DNA of 64,000 bases from the human T2T-CHM13v2.0 reference genome, Homo sapiens, in assembly GCF_009914755.1 (NCBI RefSeq), contig NC_060929.1; one strand, written 5' to 3'. This document shows positions 48,693 through 64,000 of this stretch, piece by piece. Each line of letters starts with the position of its first letter. The stretch's first letter is position 1. The notes below the pieces were generated by a model, which was not told where the DNA came from, ran no database searches, and was given only the letters and a program-made list of their open reading frames with translations. Made by a program: the position numbers and the translations under genes.

Positions 48693-49301
48693 TACCTCTT
48701 TCATTGAATCAGTAATAGCAATCAGTGGGCCTTATATAAAGTATACAAAAAGTAATGCTATTATTTTCATCTGCTCCCATACCTGATTCAACAGTTATCC
48801 CCTATATATCATCAACTTCTTCCCTAATTGCTTTCTACCTATAAACCTAAAAGTACCAACATCTTTTCTATTCCAGTGTATTCTGTGTCCCTGATATTCT
48901 GACTTCAGCTCTCACCACACAATTCAAATGGTGCTTGCCAAAGACCAAAGATACTCTGTGTTGCATTTGGCAACTCTCTCTGCCTTCACGTCTTTGCCAA
49001 TGCTGCCTATGAAAGCTGGCATCTCCATCATGATCCAGCCGCATCTCTCTGCTGACTGGACTCGCCCAGTACCTTCTTCTTCCCAGTGAAAATAATGCTC
49101 CTTGTGCACTAGTTTTAAGGGAAGTTGGTGGAAGGCTTCCATCTTGAAGAGAAGATGAATAATGGGGGAAATTCCCCAAATGTAGTTTAGGGGATCCCTT
49201 TTAGGTCTTAGTGGGCTTTTTAGCTGGGTCTAGAAATCAAATTAATACCAGGCAGATTAACAAGAGAAAAGCACGTAAATTTTATTAGCTTTACATGTAT
49301 G

Positions 49302-50080
49302 TGGAAACCACCTTTGCAAAAATTATGACAGCGAGAGAAGTCTAGCAAAGTTGACTCTGTTTTGTTTCTAGGCTCACAGGCTGACTGTTCTAACTCATTC
49401 CCGGGTGTAGGCCAAGCTAGCCATGGGAGGAATTTAGTTTATAGCTTAACTTTGAGGCAAGGATGATAATAGTCCCTCCCTAAAACTAACTCCCTACTTG
49501 CTTAGGAACCAAAGCCACCTTTGTAAACTAATGAAAGGCCATGAAATTAGGATTATGGGAGGAGCCTGAATTCTGCTAGGATTCTGGTAGGAACAGTTTC
49601 TGTAATCCATTACTGCTTGAGAGTCAAGTGGCCAGAGGTCACAAGATTCAAGACTTCCCCAATTGCTCCTATAGATAACATCACTATTGTAGAACCTAAG
49701 ATTGATCTTTTGAGATTTTTTTCAGACTTTCGCATTCTGGTAGCCAACTGACCCCAGCCGGACCTGGGACTCATGACTCAGCCAGTCCTGTGGCCCTCAC
49801 CCAAAGGCTGACTCCACACAGGAGAATCATTTTCCACACCCCTATGATTTCATTTCCAGCCAATCAGTGGCACTGGTTCCCTAGCCCGCTGCCCACCAAA
49901 TTAGCCCTAAAAACCCTATCCTCTGAGTTCTCAAGGAGACTGATTTGAGTAATATTAATAACTCTAGTCATTCTTGGCTAGCTCTGCAATGATAAAACTC
50001 TTTCTCTACAGCAATATTATGGTCTTCGTGAATTGGTTTTGTCTGTGCAGTGGGCAGGAAGAACCTGTCAGGCAATTATA
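49302..50080 (+). mobile_element. LTR8-like ERV1 LTR nested in an older antisense LTR (~49180-50826)
   Basis: 'gaaaccacctttgcaaaaattatgacag' start; 'tctgtgcagtgggcaggaagaacc' end. Confidence 0.8.
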
Positions 50081-50179
50081 GATGGAGATTTTCACAAGAG
50101 AGTGAAGTCTGAAGAAGTGGTCAAAGAAAAATGCTTTTATACTTTTTAGACGAAGAATGATAAATTTGAGAAGCAATGA

Positions 50180-50515
<336 letters not shown>

Positions 50516-52363
50516 GGAGCAGCAAATTTCCAGGGAAGTCACTACAAAATATGTGAGTGTGGGTGTGTGTGAAACTAGTGGAAGATAAGGATTATTTCTA
50601 TAAGTATATTTATTCAGGTCTATTGCAGTGCCCAGTTCCCAGTCTGGTGATAAGAGCTATTTTCTCACCCTGGTATAAGAAGTGTACCCCTTCATGGCTT
50701 GCTGCCTGCAGGAAGACACAGTCAGCTAGCTCTCTCTGAAACTACAATTTCTTTAATGTTTTCAACTTGAAATAATCAATATACCAATTTTGCATATTTT
50801 GGGATGGTACGTTCTTTACCTTTACAGTAGGAACAGAGCTCAAAAACTATTGAGTAACCAAAAAGCATGACCAACATCTATTCCCCTTACATTATCCCAT
50901 ACGCAGAAATCCAGGAGACTGAAATTTAATATATTAATGCATTTGATTTACATGCGTGTACTCAGACATCACAGAACCAGAGTACCACCCTAAGCTAATT
51001 TACTATTAAGCTTCTTGTAATAAATAATTACTTTCAAAAAAATTCAACTCTGGGAAGTTACAATTGTTATTGTGTTCATGGCTCTGGAAATGGGTATGTG
51101 ATATTAAATTAGTCACTGAGTATTAATTCAATGTGCAGCTAACTGGGAAGTTTGCTTGAATAAGTTGTCTTGAGGGTTTTTTTTTTTTTTTTTTTTTTTG
51201 GTGGGGGAAGAGAGAGTGATTGGGCAGAGGTCAGACTCTTCTTCATAAGTGTTTGTTTTTCAAAGATTAGCCTTTATAACACCATTTCTAAATCACCTGG
51301 AATTCTCATTAAAATCCTAGGCTGATCTCTGACCTAAAAAAATCAATGGAGGAGAGGGAGTCTAGAATATATATGTTTTAACAAGCTTCTTAAGTAATTT
51401 CTTCCACTCTTTGAAGTTAGAGAGCTACTGTTTTATGTGAGAAATGCAGATACCTTGATGGAATATTAATTTAAAATTTTAAAGTTAATTATTTAATATA
51501 TAAGGTGGTGTTCACATTGGTATATTTAATCTGTTGATTTGGAATAAAGTCTGCTACATACATTCTAGTCCACAAATTCTAAAGGGAACACATTTTACTT
51601 TTGTTAGCACATTTGAATTTCATATGCCTAACGTTTCCTAGCACTTATCAGTGCTCATTTCTCTAAGCTGGTGGCTACAATCAGGGCACAGCTTCTTACC
51701 TAAGCCACTAAAAAATTATCTTTGCTAGAACTGGAAATAGGGCTTATTTTCCCTCCTCCTGGGCTTTAGCCTCTAATTGTCACTTATTTCTTGAAATTTA
51801 AAAGTCATTCTCTTTCCAAGAAAATACTCCACAACTTTTCCTATTAGGTAATGTTTTGAAACCAGTGTTTCTCAAACTTCAGTGTGCGTCGGAAAAATCT
51901 AGGCTTGTGGAGTCTGCAGGTTTTCTGATTCAGTCATCATGGGCTGGGATAGGTGACCTGCACTTTGGGCATTTGCCCCAGTGGATTGCTGGTGCAAGGA
52001 CCGCGCTTCAAACTCCACTTGGGCAGTCCTAGCTCCTCATGTTGTGGTTATTCTGCCATAATCATGATGAAGATAATTCAGTTGCCTAAGAAAGATTGTA
52101 ACAAATTTGTCTCAGACTCATGAAGAATGCAGACAAGTTGAAGTCATCAAAGTGTTGTATTCAGATGGACAGAAACTCCAGGGCTGTGCAGCTGTGTGGG
52201 CTGAGCCTGTAGAGATGCTTCAGTGAGCTGTGGAGGGGGAGATGAATTCTAGGTATGCGCTGGATGATTTAGTAAGACCATAAAAACCCATATATCAACA
52301 TTTGGGTAAGACTTTTTCTTCCTTCCTTTTTTCCCTCCTTTCCTTTCATCCATCCTTCCTTTT

Positions 52364-53404
<1,041 letters not shown>

Positions 53405-53405
<1 letters not shown>

Positions 53406-54010
53406 CCACCCCTCCTTTTCCTCCCCTCCCCTTCATCCCCTCTCCATCCCCTCCCCTTCATCTCCTCTCCATCCCCTCCCCTTCATCCCCTCTCCATCCC
53501 CTCCCCTTCATCTCCTCCCCTTCCCTCCCCTTCATCCCATCCCCTTCATCCCCTCCCCCCATCCCCTCCCCTCCATCCTCACCCCCCCTCTTCCCCTCCC
53601 CTTCATCCCTCTTCTCCTTCATCCCCTCCATCCCCTCCCCTCCCCTTCATTCCCTCTCCATCCCCTCCCCTTCATCCTCTCCCCTCCATCTCCTCCCCTC
53701 CCCTCCCCTTCATTCCTCTTCCTCTTCATCTCCTTCCGTTTCATCCCCTCCAGCTCCTCCCCTCCCCTTCATTCCCCCTCCCCTTCATTCCCCCTCCCCT
53801 CATCCCCTCCCCTCCATCCCCTCCTTCATTCCCCTTCCCCTTCATCCCCTCGCCTCCATCCCCTCCCCTTCATTCTCCTTCCTCTTCATTACCCCTCCTC
53901 TTCATTCCCTCCCTTCCATCCCCTCCCCTTCATCCCCTCCTTTTCATCCCCTCCCCTGCCTCCCCTCTCCTCCCCTCCCCTTCATCCCCTTCCCTTCTCT
54001 TCCTTTCTTT
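53405..54010. repeat. ~600-bp C/T-rich degenerate repeat (CCCCT/TCATCCCCT units)
   Basis: Nearly G-free pyrimidine tract on the + strand. Confidence 0.95.
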
Positions 54011-54261
54011 CTGAATAACACGAGGTGAGATTGAGCAAAATAGGCATTTTACTCTCAAATAAGTTTAGGAAAAAAATAAGGTTTTTTCTACTATTCTTGG
54101 AACTTTTCTATAAGTTTGAAGTTATTTCCAAAAAGTCTATTATAATATTCACATGTTTCCTTAAAACTTCTTTTGGGATTTAAGAAATTATTTTTTCAAA
54201 TTGAAGAATAATTAACATGCTGAGAATTTAGGCCTTTTGAACATATATATAGTTCAATGAG

Positions 54262-54655
54262 GTGTTTTTTTTGTTGTTGTTTTGTTTTGTTTTTTGGTTT
54301 TTGGTGTTTTTTTTTTTTTTGACATTCTAATAGGTGTGTAGTGATATCTTTATTTATTTATTTTTTTTGAGACAGAGTCTCACTCTGTTGCCCAGGCTGG
54401 AGTACAGTGACATGGTGAGATCTTGCCTCACTGCAACCTCCGCCTCCCGGGTTCAAGTGATTCTCATGCCTCAGCCTCCAGAGTAGCTGAGATTACAGGC
54501 ACCCACCACCACACCCAGCTAATTTTTGTGTTTTTAGTAGAGACGGGGTTTCACCGTGTTGACCAGGCTGGTCTCAAACTCCTGACCTCAGGTGATCTGC
54601 CCTCCTTGGCCTCCCAAAGTGCTGGGATTACAGGCGTGAGCCACCACCCCCGGCC
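54262..54655 (-). mobile_element. AluS with two tails and a 28-nt intervening sequence
   Basis: TSD TAGTTCAATGAG at 54250-54261 and 54656-54667. Confidence 0.85.
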
Positions 54656-56498
54656 TAGTTCAATGAGTTTTGATGAACATATGCAGTCATGTAACCACTA
54701 CAAACAACGCAGGGAAACTTTACAAAAGCCTCTTACTTTTAAAACTGTTAAGGAATTCATTGGGTTTTTCGAAATGTTTTCATTTATTTTATAGGTATAA
54801 ACATTAAAGCTGTTATTACATTTCTCTTTCAAATATACAGGTATATATAACATGTAATACTAAAATTTGTTTAACTTATAAAAAAGGTTAAAAACCTTAC
54901 AATAAAACAAGGAAACAAAAAGACATAACACAAGATCTGTCCTCCACAGAAGAAAATGCTCGCATTTCCTCTCCTTTCTCCATTAATGCTGCATTAGTGC
55001 GGTGTAGGCAGAGACGTGCTTCCGCCAGGAAAAACCTCATTAGTCTCTGGAAGAATCACTGCCCGCCTGTCTCATTGTCTCCCCAGCCATTGCAAGCACA
55101 GTCCTTAAGGTGTTATGCTCCCTGGGGAATCTGAATCCACTTACATGCTCCCCTGTGGGCTGCGGCACTTAACTTCCCTTGTCCTCAAGTTTGGTTAATG
55201 GGCTGGGAAGCGTTGACTGACACTGCTCCAAGGCCAGCAGACATGAGGCACTGCAAGTTCTGCTCTCAAAGGGGCTTGGAGGGAAGGAGTTGGAAAAAAG
55301 GAATCATGAAGCATGAGATTCACAGGTTCCTTAATTCATTCTCTAGTTTTCTCCCAATGTGCTTGTAGTGACAGAAAAACTCAACTCGTCTCACAACTCA
55401 GAGGTACAATGAAAAGGAGTTTTTTCCTCTGTGATTGGAACTTTCTCTTGAGCCCTTTCCCTTAGGGGATACTAGGAGACAATTACATCTCTAATTCAAC
55501 CTAAGTTTATTCCCTTTTAGTGGGGTTCAATTTCTGTTAGCCAAAAGTGCTCAGTCCCTCAAACAGCTTATCTTTTGTTGTTTCTCTAAGATTGTGTAGA
55601 ATTTGGAAAGGGTATAGCTTATTTGACCTTATGGCTTTGTGCGGAAGCCGGGGTCCCCAGTAGATCTCCTGGCTTCTGGATAATGTTTCTTTGCTGCTGG
55701 GTTGCTAGGTGCCTCATTGGCCTCCACTGCCAACTTCTGGGTGGTTATTACTTAGGGTTGTGACTATTGCTTGGGCAATGCACCTGCAGGTGCTTTCTGG
55801 GCAATTCCATTTCATCCGGCTCTTGATGGCAACATCAGCACCTTGGGGACACTCTGCGATATGTGTTTTGCTTCTGTTTTTTGTCCCGGATTTTCTGCAG
55901 GGTCCCCTGTCTCAATAAGGAAAACTCCTTCTATCAGTTTATCCAGGGTAGGCAGGCAGGTACTTCTAGGTCCGACGCAGTGTGCCTCAGTGGACCAGGA
56001 TCATGGACACAGGACATGGGTAAGTTCCTGAACTCCTCTCTGCCTAAGGTTCTTCATCTATCAAATGAAAGTAGTAATAGTGAGTATTCACTGAACACTT
56101 CCTATTTGGCTGCACTTTTTAATGTGTTTCATATTATGATGTGCCAGGCAGAGCTCTGTAATAAGTCAGTGCTTCTCAAACTCTGTGGTAAATGATTACC
56201 TTTTTTCTTGAATTTCCAATTTGCCACAGATCAATATTTCTGCAAAGTACTTTAAAAGTTACTTCCTATGAGCTTTTACAGTGACAAATGAAAATTTTAA
56301 AAAAAACCTTAAAATTGAAATCACTGTACAAATTAGTTATTGGTTATAAATTACTACAAACACTTCAATAAATATTTAACAAATAAAAAAATAAAAAACT
56401 TAATTCCTAGAAAATGACATAAAAAAAAGAAAAACAACTACAAAACTTGTATTTGTTGTCCATTGAAAGTGGATGTGGATATAAAGTGTTTAACATAG

Positions 56499-58322
<1,824 letters not shown>

Positions 58323-59091
58323 AAAACAGGAGGTGTTATTGAAGCTTTTCCTGCCAAAGGCAGAGAGGTAAAAGAAAACCAAGATGAGCGTGAAGGGCTG
58401 TGTGTGTCTGCGGGGGTGTGTGTGTGTGTGCTCTCCGATTTCCTTCTAGTAAAACTCTCCTAATCTAACTTGGCTCCATAGTGAGGCAGACATTACTGAG
58501 AGCAGTAAGTAATGTGACTATCTCAATTCACGGTAGACTCTCAACTTACTTATATGTAGACTTTGAAGAGGATGAGGTTTGGGAGTTGGGTTACAGGTGT
58601 CCATTTAAAATACTGAACCTACAATTTCTCCACCTCTGTTCCCTGCAGAGGCATTTCTGCAGGACATAGTATCAGGCCTGGTCCTGAAGTTCTATTAGAA
58701 CTCTGCTCTGTCATCCAGGCTGGAGTGCAGTGGCACAATCTTGGTGCATGGCAGCCTTGAACTCCTTGAACTGCCTCAGCCTCCTGAGTAGCTGGGATAA
58801 CAGGCATGAGAGCCACTGAACCCAGCAATACTTTATTTAATATTATTTTTATATTTATTTTTGTACTCTGCGATTCTAATAAATGAATAACACTTTATTT
58901 TAAAATAGGCTTTGCGTTAGGTTATTTTGCCTGACCATAGGCTAATATAAGTGTTTAGGGGAGGCTAGGGTAAGCTATGATGTTGAAAGGGCTGTGCATT
59001 AAATGCATTTTTGATTTCGGGTGGGTTTATTGGGACTCATTCCTATCATATGGTGAGAAGTGTCTGTATTTTCCCTATCAATTTCTATGTG

Positions 59092-59130
<39 letters not shown>

Positions 59131-59449
59131 TTAGCCATTGGAGATTAAGTTGTAGACATTGTGAAACTTCATGCTTAAATACTTCAACATGTATCATTCT
59201 AAAAGAAGGACCTTTGTGTATTTGACCATATACCAGTTAAGAAAGACCGAGGCAGTGGAAATGGTCTGCTCTTGGTGCAGGCAATAATTAGGTACATTTT
59301 CCATAAAGAATTTTAAAACCATAATAAAACCCAACCATACACTGGCAATTCTGAAAATGTTAGTGATAAAATACCTCTCCCTAAAAAAGATTTTGTTGTT
59401 GTTTAGGCTGTAAAAAATTGCTGCTTACTCTTGAATGACACGTAAGCTT

Positions 59450-60236
59450 TGTTGGGGCTCAGAAAGCAATACCTGAAAGACTGGCACTCTGACATGCTAA
59501 GAAGCCTTAGGAGCTGCCTTATAATCAAAGCCTTTCTAAACTTGCCTTGTCCCCCTCTCAAGTGGAGATTCTCTCTGGAATTTCCTTATCTGACTAAGAA
59601 AGCTTCTTTCCAAATGACATGCAGTTGTCTTAAGACCCCTCCCTAAAAATCTCATCAAATAACCAGGCAAGATCAACCACCCAGAGAAGAGAAGAGACTA
59701 GGAGTCCTCATTACTCCCAGACAGACTTTTCATCTATTCTTCTTAGAGAAGTCCTAGAGATTGCCTGGGGAACCTTATCTGGATAATAAGACAATCTTTG
59801 TTTCTGTGCAGTTCCACCCTTCACATTCCCAAACAGTCATTTACTAACCGTTTTCTGAGCACTGGGCCTATTAATTCCCCAATTTTCCTCTTCACTGTGT
59901 CACACAGACTTCCTATCACACTGTTTAGGATGGAATGTCAAATACACTCTTTTAATTGGAAAGAAAATGTAAACAAGCTGTAAAGAAAAGAAAACAGGCT
60001 GTACAGAAAACACATTGTAACTCATTAAATTGGTATAGTTCATAAGCCAGCCTTATTTAGAGAATGTTATAATCCCACTAAATTTCTTTGTGTTCTGCCT
60101 ATATAAGCAAGATCGTAACTTGAGAGCATTGACCCCATTTCTCTGGAGTCTGTGTTTCCTGGATGGTAACTTCCAGCGTTTTACTCAAATAAACTCATTA
60201 AAACTGAATTCTGATCCTTTTGGTTATTTCAGGTCG
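59450..60236 (+). mobile_element. MER34/MER39-like ERV1 LTR (possibly composite)
   Basis: 'tgttggggctcagaaagcaatacc' start; 'aataaa' followed by 'tatttcaggtcga' end. Confidence 0.65.
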
Positions 60237-61208
60237 ATGGAAATAAGAATGTTTTCTTACTCTGACTTCCTCAAGAATCTTTATGTTTTGAGAAAAATAA
60301 AAAAAGTGATTTGGGCTTGGTGTGGTGGTTCATGCCTGTAATCCCAACACTGGGAAGCCAAGGCAGGTGAATTGCTTCAGCTCAGGAGTTTGAGACCAGC
60401 CTGGGCAACATGGCAAATCCCCATTTCTACCAAAAATACAAAAATTGGCTGGGTGTGGTGGCACATGTCTGTGGTATCACCTACTCAGGAGGCTGAGGTG
60501 GGAGGACTGCTTGAGCCTGGGAGGCAGAGGTTGTAGTGAGCCCAGATCAGGACATTGCACTTCAGTCTGGGCGACAGAGCCAGACCCTGTATTAAAAAAA
60601 AAAAAAAAAAAGATTCGTTTTTTTTTTTTGTATGCAGTAACTCTGGAAAACCTATCAAGTCTTTGTCTAACATTTCTTCCACTTTATCTGCCCACTTTTA
60701 TGGTTAATAGATGGGGTCTCACTATATTGCTCAGGCTGGCCTCAAACTCTTGCACTCAAGAGTCTCCCACCTCAGCCTCCTGAGTAGCTGGAATTACAGG
60801 TGCAAGCCACCATGCCTAGCTTCGATTTATCCATTAATTTCTCCCTGCTTGGGAAGTGCAGGAGGGAAGACTGTAGATAAAAGCCTATAATCTGGGTGAG
60901 TTTTAATCTTTACTTGGGTAAATTATTTGCCCTCCTTGTGCCTCAGGAACTTCGTTTGTAAATTGGGAAAAATAAGATTCTCTTCCTGGGATCATTTATT
61001 GAATACTTAGTACATCCCAGGTCTGTTTTAAGCACTTTGTGCGTATGAAGTTTTCGAGCTCTCACAACAATCCTGAGGCCAGAACTATTATTAATCCCCT
61101 TTTACTAGAGGAAAATATCATTAAATAACCTGCCCACGTTTGTCTTGTTAGCACTCCCTTGATCACTGTACTTACACAAGTAGATATGGTGAAAGAATTA
61201 AATAAGAT

Positions 61209-62288
61209 CGATGCAGGAATTTTTGGTGCTGCTTCGCCAGCCAGGGACCTCCACAGCCAGCGACACCCTTGCCTGGGCCTTGCTGGGCTCTGGGCTTGCT
61301 GCTGGAGGTACCCCGCCTACTCGACTCAGTGGGCTGTGCTTGGCTTGTGCTCCAGCCCGGATCCCGCACTCACCATGGGTTCCGTTCTCAGCCTGCAGCT
61401 GGACGGGTCATGCCGCAACCTGCTTCTGCTTTGGGTGCCGGCGTCTGGATGAGGGGAATGTGGTGGTGGCCAAAAATCTTGGAGATGCCAGCAACCCTGA
61501 AGCCCCAAAGTGGGTGTTACAGCATGCTGCAGTTTTGGCTCAGGGAGCCCCAAAGTCTAGGCCCCCAGAAGGGTTGTAGCTCTTCTTTCCTTCCTGCTGC
61601 TCACAGCACGGTGAATGGGGAGCAAGGCAGTATTTCAGCCTATTTGTGCTATAGCTCTTTCAGTCCTGCTGCCCCACTCTGGCTTGCGGCACTGGGGCTG
61701 GCCTGGCCCTGCCACTGCTTCCCGTTGCATGGGGCTGCTGGACACCAGCGGAGGGTGGAGAGTTACAGTGTTACAGTAGCTCCTTTGTCACTGCTGTTTG
61801 GCAGGTCTCGAGTTTTTGTCCTGCATCCAAGAAGAATGAGGTTACGCAGACAACCAGAGGATGAGAAGGGAGGAGAAGAGTTTTACTGAGCCATGGAACA
61901 AGCTCTCAGTGGAGAGCTGACTCAAGGCGGGTGGTCCCCCACCAGAAGGCAGGTAGTTTGCCAGTGTGGCTCAGAATGGGAGAGTGCATGCTGATTGGGT
62001 TGTGAGTATGCAAAAAAGGATTTAAAAAAAGGCACCACTCAAAGATGGGCAAGACCATGCAAAAAAACAATTAGGGAAGAGTAGGTATATGTAAAATAGG
62101 TGAAGGGTGGGGATCAATCAGAGGAAAGTGCCCCAAATGGGAAGAGAGGTTCTCAATCCAGTCCATGGGTTTATCTCTGACCTATAGCTTGGTTTTCAGA
62201 CTTTAAACCGTCTTCAGCTTGAAGGTCGGGTTTCACCAGGGTCCCACCCCCATCTGCCTCGGCATTTGACTGCCTCCTGCCGCTATCA
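61209..62288 (-). mobile_element. GC-rich ERV1 solo LTR (MER52/LTR27/28-like)
   Basis: 4-bp TSD AGAT at 61205-61208 and 62289-62292; 'gcctcctgccgctatca' end. Confidence 0.75.
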
Positions 62289-62441
62289 AGATCACCATTG
62301 AAAACTCTTAGATTGTCTGGGTGTGGTGGCCACACCTGTAATCCCAGCACTTGGGAAGCCAAGGCGGGTCACTTGAGTCTAGGAGTTTGAGAGCAGCCTG
62401 GGTAACATGGTGAGGCCCCCATCTCTAAACTAAAAGGTAAT

Positions 62442-62486
<45 letters not shown>

Positions 62487-62663
62487 AACTCTAAGGTAAG
62501 TGCTGACAATGTTGAATTTTACCTGGGCCCTGTGATCCTGGAAAATAGCCATGGTTAAAGATATCCCCCCACTCTCTGTGTTCCCAATATCACTTTATTG
62601 CCAAGAAATACACTTTTCCATATGACTTAGATAAGATGCACAGATGCGTCTCCTTTTTACCTT

Positions 62664-63271
62664 TGTTAGGGCCAAGGGAAAACTGACCAAAGTCAGATTA
62701 AGAAAAAAGGCATACAAATTTATTAACGTGTACAGAGATGAGGGGGAGAGAATCACAGAGTGATTACCCCAACTCCCCAGTGGGGTGCAGAAGCTTACAT
62801 ACCCTTATTTCAGAGGGGAGGGGGAACTGAGGATTATGGGTAATTCTGGGAGAAGGAATAAAGGATTACCAGGGAGAGTGAATGGATGAGGAAACAGAGA
62901 TTAACTTGTAAATGTTTCTGTTTGGGAATTCAGTGAGCCTGAAAGAAGATACTATCTTGTGAAAGGGTTCATTCAGGGTGGTTACATTCATAAGGTCTTA
63001 ATTGATGCTTTTTTTTTCTCTCTCTTTCTCTCTCTCTCTCTTTTTTTTTCCTTTTTACTCTGCATCTTCATGATTTTTTCCCCCTAGTGGATAATGAGGT
63101 AACAGGGAGAGAAAAGAAAAATAATTGTGCTCCTTAGCAGATCTGTGGGGTCTTTATGTACATAGGGGAAAAGACTTTTCTAGCTCTCTGTTGATCTTTA
63201 AGGGCCTTTAATTTAAAATATTCATCATACCCAGGAGAAATATTTTCAGGGGAGATATTTGGTTTCTTTCA
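62664..63271 (-). mobile_element. ERV1 LTR nested in another LTR (~62510 to window end)
   Basis: TG...CA ends with perfect TSD CCTT. Confidence 0.75.
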
Positions 63272-64000
63272 CCTTTGACAAGGCCAGACAAAGATCCTCT
63301 AAATTCCTATTCTCTGCCTCGTAAATGACTAGCTGAACTGCTTGTGACCATGGAATCTAAATCTGAACAAAGTTCTTGTTAATCAAACTTTGGTTAAGAT
63401 TATCTCCTTCTCCTAGATCCCAGAATTTGACCCATCCTTAGCCTGAGCTAGCATACAACTCCTTCTTAACAGCACCTTCTGAAAATAGGCTGGCTCCAGG
63501 GTCAAGCAATCTCTGATCTACTATCAGATTAGCCACCTCACTCTTTCATTCCTCTGTCCCACCCCAGATTCTTTCTAGCCAAGGGTCTGACTCTGTCACT
63601 CAGACTGGAGTTCAGTGGTACAATCATACCTTACTGCAGCCTTGACCTCCCAGGCTCAAGCAATCCTTCCCAACTCAGCCCCCCAATCAGCTCAGTTAGC
63701 TGGGACTACAGCACGCGCCATCACACCCAGCTAATTATTATTATTTTTTTTGTATAGATAGGATCTCACTATATTGCCCAGGTTGGTCTTGAACTCCTCA
63801 AGCAATCTTCCTATCTTGGCCTCCCAAAGTGCTGGGATTACAGGCATGAGCCACCATGCCTGACCTACCATTTTGCCTAACTCTTGAATTTGCAGATCTT
63901 GTCGAAGACTTCTCCCTGTTGCAGTAGTCTCCCTCCTCCTATTGCAAAATCCCTTCTTTCCTCTCAGCTCTACTTCTTGAAGTAATCTTTAAAAATAAAA

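Noticed and set aside
61159-61889. Overlapping 97-206 aa ORFs
   Set aside because: Lie within a GC-rich solo LTR; no protein family resemblance

Overview
Primate (human-like) genomic DNA containing the complete TARS1 gene (cytoplasmic threonyl-tRNA synthetase) on the + strand. I reconstructed 19 coding exons by hand (ATG 13686, TAA ending 40309). All junctions are GT-AG, phases are consistent, and the CDS totals 2172 nt = 723 aa + stop. A CpG-island promoter (~12940-13900) carries an ATF4-type amino-acid-response element, CCAAT, GC-box, NRF1-like and ETS/GAS motifs. Flanks and introns are filled with Alu, L1, MaLR/ERVL/ERV1 LTRs and DNA-transposon relics; repeat families were named by eye and boundaries without TSDs are approximate. 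I see no convincing wholly new biological system. The most interesting observations are: an in-frame 99-nt cassette exon in an L2-like relic, a candidate 12-nt in-frame microexon, weak/strong tandem start codons, a 5'UTR intron containing the AARE, an Alu with an apparent 3' transduction, two twin-primed L1s, a composite local duplication in a TA/CA microsatellite, and an MLT2A LTR with a perfect DUX4 site.
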